NCBI GenBank assembly: GCA_044892525.1
Contig: CM097886.1
Span: forward strand, 168,132,312-168,196,311
Origin: Schmidtea polychroa
Taxonomy: Eukaryota
Direction: 5' to 3'
Length of the DNA: 64,000 nt
Shown here: one piece after another, positions 1 through 10,930 of the stretch
Layout of the letters: each line of letters starts with the position of its first letter
Numbering within the stretch: the stretch's first letter is position 1
Notes under the pieces: generated by a model
Databases searched by the model: none
What the model saw: the letters and a program-made list of their open reading frames with translations, nothing else
Told to the model about the DNA's origin: nothing
Made by a program: the position numbers and the translations under genes

Positions 1-537
1 GAAATAAAGGTTAATAATATTTCGAATTACGCAAAACCTTTAACTGCCTCATTTTTTGACGAAGGCATTAGGGAACTAAACGAGAAAATAAGTAATATCA
101 CAGAGTTAGGAAGTAGCTGGATCATAAAAAAAATAACAGAAATTCACTTCACCATAACAAAGATAAGTAGGCTAAGTAGATTAAGTGGTAGAAGTTTCAT
201 TGAACTACCTACTTATCTAAAAAATAAATATTGTTTAATTAATATAAAAAACACCGATGATTCAGTTATAATTTATCTGAATTAATATATAATCCATTGG
301 ACTTACCCATGAAATTAAAAGATATTAGAAAATTCGAGGCCAAAAATCCTGGTTTAATAATTAACGTTTTTTCTTATGACAATAACAAACAATTAATAGA
401 TAATTACGTTTTAAAACACCCACATTTAGACATTATACATCGTTCCAAAGTTTTAAATGGAACTGTAATTAATTTTTCTATTATTAAATAAAGGGAACAA
501 TTTCCATTACGTTGCTATAAGCAATTTAAATAGGTTA
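1..537 (+). pseudogene. Disrupted N-terminal part of the same pPolB
   Basis: Frame 1 from base 1 reads ...GSSWIIKKI...SGRSFIELPTYLKNKYCLINIKNTDD. Frame 3 (297-476) reads LKDIRKFEAKNPGLIINVFSY. Frame 1 from 478 reads LLLNKGNNFHYVAISNLNRLL and runs into the 538 ORF. These are typical pPolB N-terminal motifs, broken by a lesion near 260-296 and an extra T in aatttttcta (about 473-477). Confidence 0.8.
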
Positions 538-3192
538 TTGAATTGTGGTATCAACACTACTTGTCCTACACGCATACGTTCATTATGGTGCCATCGGTGT
601 TTGAATGGGTTTAATAATAGAAACGCACTAGAAAAACATGAAATATTATGCAAACGTAATCAATTAGGAACAACTCTTTATACTTTCCCTCAAAATAAAT
701 TCTTACAGTTTACTGACTGGTCGAAAACAGTAACTCCTCCTTTTGTAGTTTATGCCGATTTTGAGGCTATTTTACCTTCTGATAATGATCATTTTCAGCG
801 ACACATGCCAATATCTGCTGGTCTTTTACTAGTAAATAACTTTGACGGATCTAAATCTTATCAGCAGTTCATAGGTTTAGATTGCGTCGAGAGTTTTTTA
901 AGTGCTATAGAGGATATAGCATTGAATAAGGTTCTTCCTTTTTATTATAAAATGGGTAGGAAACCAATGATTAAATTAACGAAAATTGAGCAACAACAAT
1001 TCATTAATTCAACGGTTTGTTATCTTTGTTTGAAATCTATCGTGGATCCTGTTAGAGATCACGATCATTTTACGGGGAAATACTTGGGTGCAGCTTGTAG
1101 CACATGTAACGTAAATAGAAAAATAAATAAAATTTTGCCTATCGTATTTCACAACTTGAAGGGATACGATATGCACCATATACTTAAATATGGATTAAAT
1201 AAATTTAAAAATTGGAATTTAGGGTGCATCCCAATAACTACGGAAAAATTTATATCTTTGATTGCTCATTTAGGTAAAATTAGCCTAAGATTCATTGATT
1301 CGTATCAATTTGTCAATGATTCTTTGGCTAAAGCAGTCAAAACTTTGAATTCTTTGCCTTTTACTAATTCTTCTTTTTCTGGCACCATAGTAAGTGAAAA
1401 AGGAATCTTCCCTTATAATTTCGCCACTTCTTTAGATATTCTCCAAACTACTTATGAATTACCACCAATCTGGGAGGGTGTCACTGAGCTTGAGTATGAA
1501 AAAGCTCAGGAGATTTGGGTAGAAACTAATTGCGTAACTTTATTAGATTATATGATGATCTACCTAAAACTTGATTGTTTTCTTTTGGCTGATTTCTTTC
1601 ATCAGTTTCGGTTGAAATCCATTGCTCACAATAGATTGGAACCATTGAATTATTTCGGAATTCCAGGCATGTCTTGGTCTTCTGCATTAATGTCTTTAAA
1701 TGAATCAATTGAACTCATAACTGAAAACGAAATGTTTAGCTTTTATGAGGGTGGAATAAGAGGCGGTCTTACTTTTGTGAATAAGCATTACGTAAAAACC
1801 GACGAGAACACCGAGTTACTATATATAGATATTAATAATCTTTATGGCTGGGCTTTAAGTCAATCATTACCTTGTGGCGAATTTTGTTGGGTTCTTGATG
1901 GATTTGATAAAATAATGGATGAATGTAGGAATTTAAATCTTGAATCTTTGTCTTATGGATACACACTTGAAGTTGATCTTGTAATTCCTTCTGAGCTTCA
2001 TGATAAGTTGGATGATTTCCCTGTAGCTGCTGAAAAAATGAAACCTGCTGGGTCTAAGGTTGAAAAATTATTATTAACTCATCTTCCAAAATCTAATTAT
2101 GTTATTCATTGGAGATTATTAAAATTATATTTGGAACTTGGTGTTAAAGTAACACGTGTAAATAGGGGTGTAAGATTTAAGCAATCACCAATTTTTAAAA
2201 AATATATAGATACAAATACCGAATTAAGATCAAAAAGCGTAAATAGCTTAGATAAAAATTATTATAAATTGCTAAATAATAGTTTATACGGCAAAACAGT
2301 TGAAAATTTAAAGAGAAGAATGAATCTTCGTCTTTGTACAACTGCCGGTAAATTAGTTAAATATTCGTCAAAACCGACTTTTAAAAAATCTATTAAAATA
2401 GCAGATAATTTAATTGCAGCACTATTGAATTCCGATTCTATATGTTTAGATAGACCGAGTTACATTGGTCAATCTGTACTTGATCTATCTAATCTTAGAA
2501 TGTATGAATTGCAATATAAGGATCTGGAATCATTTCGCAATGAGTTTAATTGTAAAATTAATATCGTTGCAGGTGATACAGATTCTTTTTTCCTCGAAGT
2601 CATTAACTGCAAACTTGAGGTTCTTTTACCTGCAATGGTTCGAGATAATTTATTGGATACTTCCAATTACAATAGTTGTCATTCCTTATATAGTAAGAAC
2701 CTTGATTCAGTCATTGGAAAGTTCAAAGACGAGAATAAAGGTCTTAAATATAAGGAGTGGGTTTTTCTTAGACCTAAATGTTATAGCTTGTTGGGTGATG
2801 AGGAAACAAAAAAGGCTAAAGGTGTAACATTGAAAGGTAGTGACATAAAACATCAGTCATACCTGGATTGTTATAACACTAACCAGATTTTTTCGGTTCC
2901 TCAGACTAAAATAACAAGCAAAAATCATCAAATTTTTACAATTAAAAACACAAAAATAGCACTAACTAACAAAGATGACAAAAGGGTTTGGGTGGGGAAA
3001 AATACTAGTCTTGCACATGGGCATGTAAGATTAAGTGAATTAAATATTGGAGAAAATGTTGGAGAAATTGTTGCAGAAAATGTTTCAGAAAACGTTGGAG
3101 AAAATGATGGAGAAGATGAGGAAGAATTAAATGAAGATTTTGGAGAAGATGACATCGATATCGATGACGTTATTTTGTCCGATGAGGACTAA
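538..3192 (+). CDS. Protein-primed family-B DNA polymerase (Polinton/adintovirus-type pPolB), main ORF
   Basis: ExoI YADFEA, ExoII FHNLKGYD, KGIFPY, ExoIII YLKLD, EGGIRGG, motif A YIDINNLYGWA, motif B KLLNNSLYGK, motif C GDTDS. A Zn/HNH-like insert CYLC...VRDHDHFTGKYLGAACSTCN lies between ExoI and ExoII. Confidence 0.93.
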   Translation: MNCGINTTCPTRIRSLWCHRCLNGFNNRNALEKHEILCKRNQLGTTLYTFPQNKFLQFTDWSKTVTPPFVVYADFEAILPSDNDHFQRHMPISAGLLLVNNFDGSKSYQQFIGLDCVESFLSAIEDIALNKVLPFYYKMGRKPMIKLTKIEQQQFINSTVCYLCLKSIVDPVRDHDHFTGKYLGAACSTCNVNRKINKILPIVFHNLKGYDMHHILKYGLNKFKNWNLGCIPITTEKFISLIAHLGKISLRFIDSYQFVNDSLAKAVKTLNSLPFTNSSFSGTIVSEKGIFPYNFATSLDILQTTYELPPIWEGVTELEYEKAQEIWVETNCVTLLDYMMIYLKLDCFLLADFFHQFRLKSIAHNRLEPLNYFGIPGMSWSSALMSLNESIELITENEMFSFYEGGIRGGLTFVNKHYVKTDENTELLYIDINNLYGWALSQSLPCGEFCWVLDGFDKIMDECRNLNLESLSYGYTLEVDLVIPSELHDKLDDFPVAAEKMKPAGSKVEKLLLTHLPKSNYVIHWRLLKLYLELGVKVTRVNRGVRFKQSPIFKKYIDTNTELRSKSVNSLDKNYYKLLNNSLYGKTVENLKRRMNLRLCTTAGKLVKYSSKPTFKKSIKIADNLIAALLNSDSICLDRPSYIGQSVLDLSNLRMYELQYKDLESFRNEFNCKINIVAGDTDSFFLEVINCKLEVLLPAMVRDNLLDTSNYNSCHSLYSKNLDSVIGKFKDENKGLKYKEWVFLRPKCYSLLGDEETKKAKGVTLKGSDIKHQSYLDCYNTNQIFSVPQTKITSKNHQIFTIKNTKIALTNKDDKRVWVGKNTSLAHGHVRLSELNIGENVGEIVAENVSENVGENDGEDEEELNEDFGEDDIDIDDVILSDED

Positions 3193-3328
3193 TTTTATTG
3201 AATAAATTTTATATCTTTACATTTGTTATTTGGTAAATTTTTATGTTTTTATGTGTCTAGTTATTTTTATGTGTTTAGTTAATTTTTTATGTGTTGTATA
3301 GTATTTGGTTGATATATTATTAATATTA

Positions 3329-3399
<71 letters not shown>

Positions 3400-3400
3400 T
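3329..3400 (+). repeat. (ATT)n microsatellite
   Basis: Direct reading. Confidence 0.95.
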
Positions 3401-3589
3401 CATAAAAATTTTCATTAAAAATTATCTTAAAAATTATTTTATTAAAATTTCCATTAAAAATTACCATTGAAAATTATTCATAAAAATTTCTATTAAAAAT
3501 TACTTAAAAAATAATTCTTTAAAATTTCCATTAAAAAATTTCAATTCTCAAACACCTTCTATTTTTGTTAATAAATTTAAAAATCTTAC

Positions 3590-4200
3590 TTTAATTTACT
3601 TATTACATTACTTTAATTTACTTATTTAAAAATTATTACTTTAATTTACTTATTTAACTTTAATTTAAATTTTTTTTACCATTGATTATTTAATTTTAAA
3701 ATTTGGACCTTAATTAACTTTAATTTAATTTTTAGAACCATAATTTACTTTAATTTTAAAATTTTTGACCATTATTTACTGTAATTTAATTTTTAGAACC
3801 ATTATTTACTGTAATTTAAAATATTTGGACCATTATTTACTTTAATTTAATTTTTTAGAACCATTATTTACTTTAATTTAAAAATTTGGATCATAATTTA
3901 CTTTAATTTAAATTTTTGGACTGTAATTCAAAAATTTTGACCATAATTTACTTTAATTTAATTTTTAAGAACCATAATTTACTTTAATTTAAAAATTTGG
4001 ACCATAATTTACTGTAATTTAATTTTTTAGAACCATTATTTACTTTAATTGAAAAATCTTAGCCCATAATTTACTTATTTAGACCATAATTTACTTTATT
4101 TCAAAAATAAATCTGAACCTTGATTTACTTAAATTTTTAGACCCATCATTTACTTTATTTTTAAATTTTAGACCCATAATTTGCTTTATTTTAAAAATTT
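3590..4200 (+). repeat. Degenerate ~30-bp tandem array (gaccataatttactttaatttaaaatttt) in the Polinton subterminal region
   Basis: Roughly 15-18 imperfect copies of the accat(a/t)atttact(t/g)taattt core. Confidence 0.85.
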
Positions 4201-5208
4201 ACTATGCGTTTTTTAATGTAAACCACCTTTTCTATTGAAATTCTCATGACCAAGAAGATCCCCTCACTATAGTGTGAAAAATCCATGCTTTTTTATTGAA
4301 GACTACCTTTTTCTATTGAAATTCTCAGGACCAAGGAGACCCACCCAAATAATATTTATCCTTGGCTTGTTTATTGAAAAAAAAAAAAAAAAAAAAAAAA
4401 TTTTGTATTTAAAATCCCAGAAAACATTGGGCATTACGGCAACAATTATGTAATCAAAAAATGTCTACGGAAAAAGTTATGCAATCAAAAGTTTGCAACA
4501 TTTTTTACCCCCCCCCCCCCCTATTGCTGCCGTAAGCCACTAACTACCTACTTTTATCCAATAATATTCCAACCTACCTAAAAGATTCAAAGAATTCAAA
4601 TTAATAAATAATCCAAATAAATAAATTAATCCTACAGAAACATCATTTAAATTTCATACACACTTACTCGTTGCACACAAATAACACAACTAAATATATC
4701 GATCAAAATCCAAATATACACACATAAACAAAAACCATTGGACACACACAAGAAAATATCCGGGCAATGTTATGAATATAAAATTATATGCAGCTCTTAT
4801 TCTTCGTGTGGAGGAACGCCGCACCGATCTAAGTGGGCTACTGCAATACTTACACTATAGTATAAGCAACATTCAGTTAGGAATAGATTTTGTCACAGTT
4901 CCTTCTTCAATAAAATACCGCAAATTAGTAGCGGACTTGCTTGAAAGACCAGACGCTTCAAATCCCACTGCAATACTAATACTTCATGCAACTGGATATT
5001 TTTTAAATGAGACATCCTTTGAAATTAATCACTGAATTTATTTTTACACAAGCGTAGCTGAAGAACTAGATAAACTATTAAATAGGGATATGTACCGATG
5101 CAGTCAATCAGATTTGAGCTACTGCCATCAAAAATTTAAAAAGAGATATCTTTATGAAAATAGAGGGGAGCGGTAATTATTTAGAAAAATTTAATGATTA
5201 GTGTAGAG

Positions 5209-5545
5209 TTGACCCTTTGGCCCATAAACAATTTTGCCAAAAATATTGAGCCACATAAACACGAATATTTTTTGGTAATCTTTATTACCACTATTTTGTA
5301 ACTGTGATTACAACCGATAAAATCTGGATAATAAAAAACACCATAATAATTAATAATTGCGATATTTATTGTCAAAAAAATACAGAATTGCGTACTTAAA
5401 TGAAATTTTTTATCAAAAAAATATTAATTCATTTTTAATGGGAGTTTTGACAGACTTTCGTATTTTTATGTGAAAAATATTACTTTTTTAATTTTACTTT
5501 GGACCAAAGAGGAAAGTATTTTGGGTAGCGTGTTGGACACCCCTG
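5209..5545. mobile_element. hAT-type MITE inserted into the hAT dimerisation-domain coding sequence
   Basis: Right TIR cgtgttggacacccctg (reverse complement CAGGGGTGTCCAACACG). 8-bp TSD gtgtagag (5201-5208) / gtttagag (5546-5553). The left TIR is eroded. Confidence 0.55.
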
Positions 5546-5689
5546 GTTTAGAGTCTTAACGAACTTTTCTTTGGAAGGAAAATTTGTAACAAAAACAAGA
5601 AGTCGTATGAACGTTGAAACGCTGGACAAGCTTTGCGCTTTCTAAAACTTATTTACAAAAATACGCAAGAAATAAAAATGTAAGAAATG

Positions 5690-5790
5690 TCCACTCAATA
5701 TATTTCACGATATATTTCGACAGTTTTCCTGTGATCGTCAGGCTGGAGAGAATAACTATAGAAACTATAGATTTTACGAACAATTAATTA
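5690..5790 (-). mobile_element. Penelope family-1 3' UTR fragment carrying a hammerhead copy
   Basis: ttcacgatatatttcgacagttttcctgtgatcgtcagg matches the 3' UTR of the copies at 29.3 and 36.7 kb. Confidence 0.7.
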
Positions 5791-6380
5791 TAGTTATGTA
5801 ATCCCGGGTCTGGAATAATGTAATCCCAAAATTCTAGGATTAAAATATAGCACGGAATTGCAAGCCATACATACTATGAACATACTATTTAAAAGTTATG
5901 GTTTTCATTAAATTTACATTAAAAATGTTTTTTTTAATTTTTAATTTTTAAATGTTGATAATATTTTAAATGAAATGAAATTGTCGTGTTTATTATGAAT
6001 TTCAGATCATTATTACATTATTTTGCAAAAATGTAAAATTTTATTATATATTTTCTGCAACACATTTTTATACGTTTTTCTAAAATAATAATTTCAAGAC
6101 TTTATTATGTGATTGTAGAAATTTTTTTCCATTTCAATATTTTATTATCAATATCTGAATATCTAAAATGACTTGACTTTAAATTTAATATTTCAATTAT
6201 AAATTATATTTTTCAATGATTTTCTGTATTTCCCATAATTTCCCGTAATCTATCATCATTTCTCAAATTTATTAATATCCTTTAAATGGGAACTTTATTA
6301 AAATAAATGTTAATTTATATTGCTCCACTTTGCTTCTCTACTACTCATGGAAATGGGAATGACATAAAGCGCCTCAAATA

Positions 6381-6789
6381 CACCAAACACCACTGAGATG
6401 CATTTCCTATAATATAACAAAAAAATCAATAATCTTACATTATAGAAACATACATACTTACTTTGATTTCACGTTGATGTTCTCATTTATAGCTCAATGA
6501 GATACATCTTATATTATAGAAATCTGAAAAGTGGAAGGAAAATTAAAAAATGCACACAAGCACAACACATAATAAAAAACACATACAAACTTTTGATTCG
6601 TAAAATTGTAACGATGAGATACGTTTCTATAATAATTCTATTTAGACAATTTTTAGAAAAAAAAGATCGTTGAAAATTTTTTAAATTATATTTTTAATGA
6701 AAATATCAAGAGCAGATGAATTTGGTTCAAAATCTTTGTTCTACACGCCAACCACCACTATAGAGAATGTATCTCAGTGGTGTTTGGTG
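6381..6789. mobile_element. TA-flanked MITE, TIR CACCAAACACCACTGAGA (short copy)
   Basis: ta|caccaaacaccactgaga ... tctcagtggtgtttggtg|ta. Internal sequence is nearly identical to 41594-41935. Confidence 0.85.
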
Positions 6790-9700
6790 TATCCTCAAAT
6801 TGCATATTTTTATAATTAAAAACGCCTGTATATGCGATTTTTGCACATAACTTTAATCCCTCTGTGTGTATTTTTTATTACATAGTGTTGTTGTGTGTAG
6901 TGTATGTGTGTTTGTATTTTATTTTTCTAACAGAAATTATTTTCCTGTTTTTCTATAATAAATGAACATAATTTATGCCGGTCCTTCATTATTTTTGTTC
7001 TTATTTTTTCTAGATATTAATTAAATATATTTTAATTTGTAGCTATTCTGTCCATAATTTATGTGCTTTGATGTGTAGTTAGTAATATTTAGACAATTAA
7101 ATCAGATTTTGGGTTAGGGGTCTTCAAATTGTACAAGTGAATTTGAATTGCACGAAGTAATTTTGCTGAAATAAAATTTAATTGTTTTTGTCCTGTTATT
7201 TGAATAATAACAGGTAGAGAACATCATAATAAAGAAAATTATGATAAACTATTTAATAATCATCATACCTCTAAGGGTCAAGGTTTAGGCGGCAAACTAC
7301 CTTAATATGTTCCATCTCCATTTTGAATAATACAAATAAATATTCTATTTTAAATATAAAAATGGTTTCACTGATGTTTCTTAACACCTTTCAAACTTAA
7401 AAGATATTATTAAAAATGTTTAAAAAAATTTTATTGTCGCAAAAACGATGAAAACATTATATTATGTCAATGAGCATTTTCTCCTTCTCCTATAAAAAGA
7501 GCACTACCGCCAGCGTTTGAAATGAATGATATGATTTACAATGCTACCATAAAGAATATTCTAGGATAAATATGTTGTCTCAATTGTCAGCTTGAACCTG
7601 AATAAAAAAAGTTAAAACAAACTTACCCTCCCCCTCTCCGGAAAATGTCCAGTCCCGAGCGGTAAATGCAATTCACTAAACAATTTAAAAGAATAGAGCA
7701 TTAACAATTTTTAATTCTTCATTGGCGAAGAGATGAGTTGTAAATTTTGCAAATCTCGCCTCGTTTTGCAAGGAGAAAAACACTCGAAATGATGCAGCGA
7801 TCAACCGGTCTAATTGGATGAGACGGCAATAAGCTATCTACAGCTTTCAATATCCAATGATTTCCCAGAAGGATATTCATATAAATAAATTTCATATTTC
7901 ACTCAAATACATTTTCCCCAAAATTAGTGAGTAAGTTAGATAAAAATTTTTGTTTATTTGTCAAATTTAGATTTATCTTAATTTTTTATAAATATTTATT
8001 TTTCAATTTTCAAATATTATCTATTTTTTATTTCTGTTTAAATGAATTGGGTAAATTTTTAAATTTTTAAATTTTGCTATTTTATTNNNNNNNNNNNNNN
8101 NNNNNNNNNNNNNNNNNNNNNNNNNNNNNNNNNNNNNNNNNNNNNNNNNNNNNNNNNNNNNNNNNNNNNNNNNNNNNNNNNNNNNNNNNNNNNNNNNNNN
8201 NNNNNNNNNNNNNNNNNNNNNNNNNNNNNNNNNNNNNNNNNNNNNNNNNNNNNNNNNNNNNNNNNNNNNNNNNNNNNNNNNNNNNNNNNNNCTCAAATAT
8301 TTTATTATTATTATTACTATTATTATTATTATTGTTATTATTATTATTATATTTTAGAAGAAATTATTTTATAACTTTAATAATTATTTTATAATTACTT
8401 TATAAATTTAACTTGAAATATGTAATTTCTTAGAAAAGTATTCAATTAAATTTTGCAACATTTAAAACAAAACCCATTATTAATTGTAATTTAAGTCAAA
8501 CGAAATCTTAAAGAGCCAGCACTCTTCAATAGGCGGATTCTGATTTCACTCATCTTATGATCCACTGGATCAGCTGCAATTCATCGAACGCGAGGAAATT
8601 TATTGGTAGAAAATCCCCGAGCGGCTGACTTGATTACTAAAATATTTTTACCAAATGATGCTAGTTTTAATTTTTTTTGTCGAAATACAAACTAATTGTT
8701 TTTTGATACAATCGACTGCATTCAAGTGCTTTGAAGAGTCTTCTTGAATTGTTGGAGAAAGGGTGATTTTAGTACACTAAACTGTTAGAAATAATTGAGT
8801 AAATTCGCGTCTCATGCTTTAAAATTGGCTCAATGTCTATGGTCAATGTGCAAATATCTAATTTAGCCCTTTTGNNNNNNNNNNNNNNNNNNNNNNNNNN
8901 NNNNNNNNNNNNNNNNNNNNNNNNNNNNNNNNNNNNNNNNNNNNNNNNNNNNNNNNNNNNNNNNNNNNNNNNNNNNNNNNNNNNNNNNNNNNNNNNNNNN
9001 NNNNNNNNNNNNNNNNNNNNNNNNNNNNNNNNNNNNNNNNNNNNNNNNNNNNNAGGACAAAAATAGCTCGCGAAAACGAGTTTAATGAATTGGAAGATAA
9101 AGAAAAATATTGGTTAAATATTGAAAAGTCTATTGTTATATAAAATAATTGTGTTATTTGAGGAAAATCTATGGGAAAAGTGATAAAAAAACAAAATCAT
9201 TAAATAATTAAATCAATTAATAAAATAATAAAGAACTCTTCTTACAAATAAATTATTCATTTCAACGTGCTGTCGTATGAAAAAAGCAACATGGACACGC
9301 GCTAAACACGAATTTCAAGATTGGATAATTGTTTATGATTATTTTTACAAACAAAACTATGAATGTAAAATTAAAATTTTTTAATATATTTAAAAAAATT
9401 AAATTGTGAAATATAGAATTTTTGTTTTAATTGATAAAAATATTTCAAAACATTTGTTTCTTGTTAATCCGAAAAGTTATAATCTATTTATTTTTTACAA
9501 TAAAGAAATGTTGTTTTGATGAATTGTATTAAATTGTGTCAATATTATTCAGATTAGAAAAAGAATTCATATAGAATTTATATTTCCTTATTTGGACTTT
9601 CCCAATTGAAAAAATAATTAATTTTTAAGAAATTTTATTTTACAAATCTTTAAACTTCTTTTTCAAACAAATTCTGCAAAATCATTTTCTTTATTTAATA

Positions 9701-10119
9701 AACTTTACGAAAATTTCAAAATCCCAAAAATAGAAAATTGTTGTTGTACAAAATGTAAGAAAAAAATTAATTGTTTGAATACGAAAAGTGGGTTATTGAA
9801 AATTAGATAATTAAATCTAAGCATTAAAACAAAAGAGATTGCATTATTGAAAATTGCTAATGTAAAAATTTGTAAATTTTTTTTTAACAATCGAAAATAT
9901 GAACAGAAAAATGTCTCAAGTGATTTGTTTTAATAGTGAAATTTGATATTAATTAATTAATACATTTTTAGTTGTGGTTTTGATGCGCTGTAATTTATAT
10001 TTTAATTTTTTTCTAATTTGAAATTGTAGAATAATAAATAAAATTAAAATAAAAATAAAATAACATTTATATTAATATTAATAATAATAATAATTAGTTA
10101 TTAATAATAATATTATTAT

Positions 10120-10930
10120 AAGAAAGTATCACTCAAACATTCGTTTTACGATATATTTCGATAGTTTTCCTGGCATCATCAGGTAGGATATAATAACTAT
10201 AGAAATTATAGAATTTTGAACAAATATATGATTTAATATTAATTATATTCAACTTTTAATAAAAATATTTTTATTCTTTAAAAATGTTAAAAGTATAATT
10301 TAAATAATAAATAATATTTTAAATTGTGGCATTTAGAAAAATATTTTAAAACAACAACAATACATATATTTATATGTACATTTAAAAACATTTAAAACAC
10401 ACATATTTTGCACGTTAATTTTTGGATTAAATGACTAATATCAATAACGCTTCACAAATTACACCTGTACAATAACTATTGAAATTTCATTAATAAAATT
10501 TTAAAATCAGGCATACCTATTTGTCTCTTACAGCCCTTATTGTGCTCAATAAAATTGGTTTATAATGACTTTGGTTTATAATGTTCTTGAGCTAGAATAT
10601 AGAGATGACGGGAAGTTTCTCCAATGTATGTGACATTACACTCATCACATGTAAATTGATTAACGAGATCAGAACACAATCCAACCGGAGTTTTGGTTGC
10701 TTTACATGAACTTGACTCTATCTTATAGTTTGAATTCCCGACTGCTTGTTTATCTTAAATTTATAATCTGTAAAACTCTCTGAGTACGCCAATACCAACA
10801 CAAATTTAGGCTCATCATTATTACACACGCTAATTAATTAACAGAATCATACTCAGATTGTCTCAAAGGTGCATTATTAGGATTTTTAATAAATTTATCA
10901 ACAGTTTCGTTTACCATAGTTAAAAAAGAG
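10120..10930 (-). mobile_element. Older degraded Penelope family-1 copy (GIY-YIG region + 3' UTR)
   Basis: Alignable by eye to 36632-37560 (ttacagcccttattgtgctc, gataaacgagatc, aaatttaggctcatca). Hammerhead at 10147-10185. Confidence 0.75.

Larger units (their letters stand above)
1..4552 (+). mobile_element. Polinton/Maverick right arm (runs off the left edge of the window)
   Basis: pPolB gene followed by an AT-rich subterminal repeat array and the terminus ...ccactaactacctact|tttatc. Read inward, the end is 5'-AGTAGGTAGTTAG, matching the AG/AGT-repeat ends of Polintons. The TSD cannot be tested because the other end is outside the window. Confidence 0.8.
4772..5870 (+). mobile_element. Degraded hAT transposon 3' part with nested insertions
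   Basis: Frameshifted peptides ERRTDLSGLLQYLH, KEISL..EN..RGNYLEK and SVE|S*RTF..GKFVTKTRSRMNVETLDKLC resemble the hAT C-terminal dimerisation domain. A possible eroded TIR lies at 5853-5869. Confidence 0.6.

Noticed and set aside
538-3192. Phage, plasmid or contaminant origin of the polymerase
   Set aside because: It is contiguous with a Polinton-type terminus and with animal repeats, and its motifs are of Polinton type.
3279-3467. Poly-Ile ORF (and the poly-Leu ORF at 36545-36766)
   Set aside because: Translations of (ATT)n/(AAT)n microsatellites.
7620-7860. Possible pogo DDE fragment or minus-strand exon
   Set aside because: Only a weak LPSH..PVDR resemblance, with no coherent frame or partner exons.
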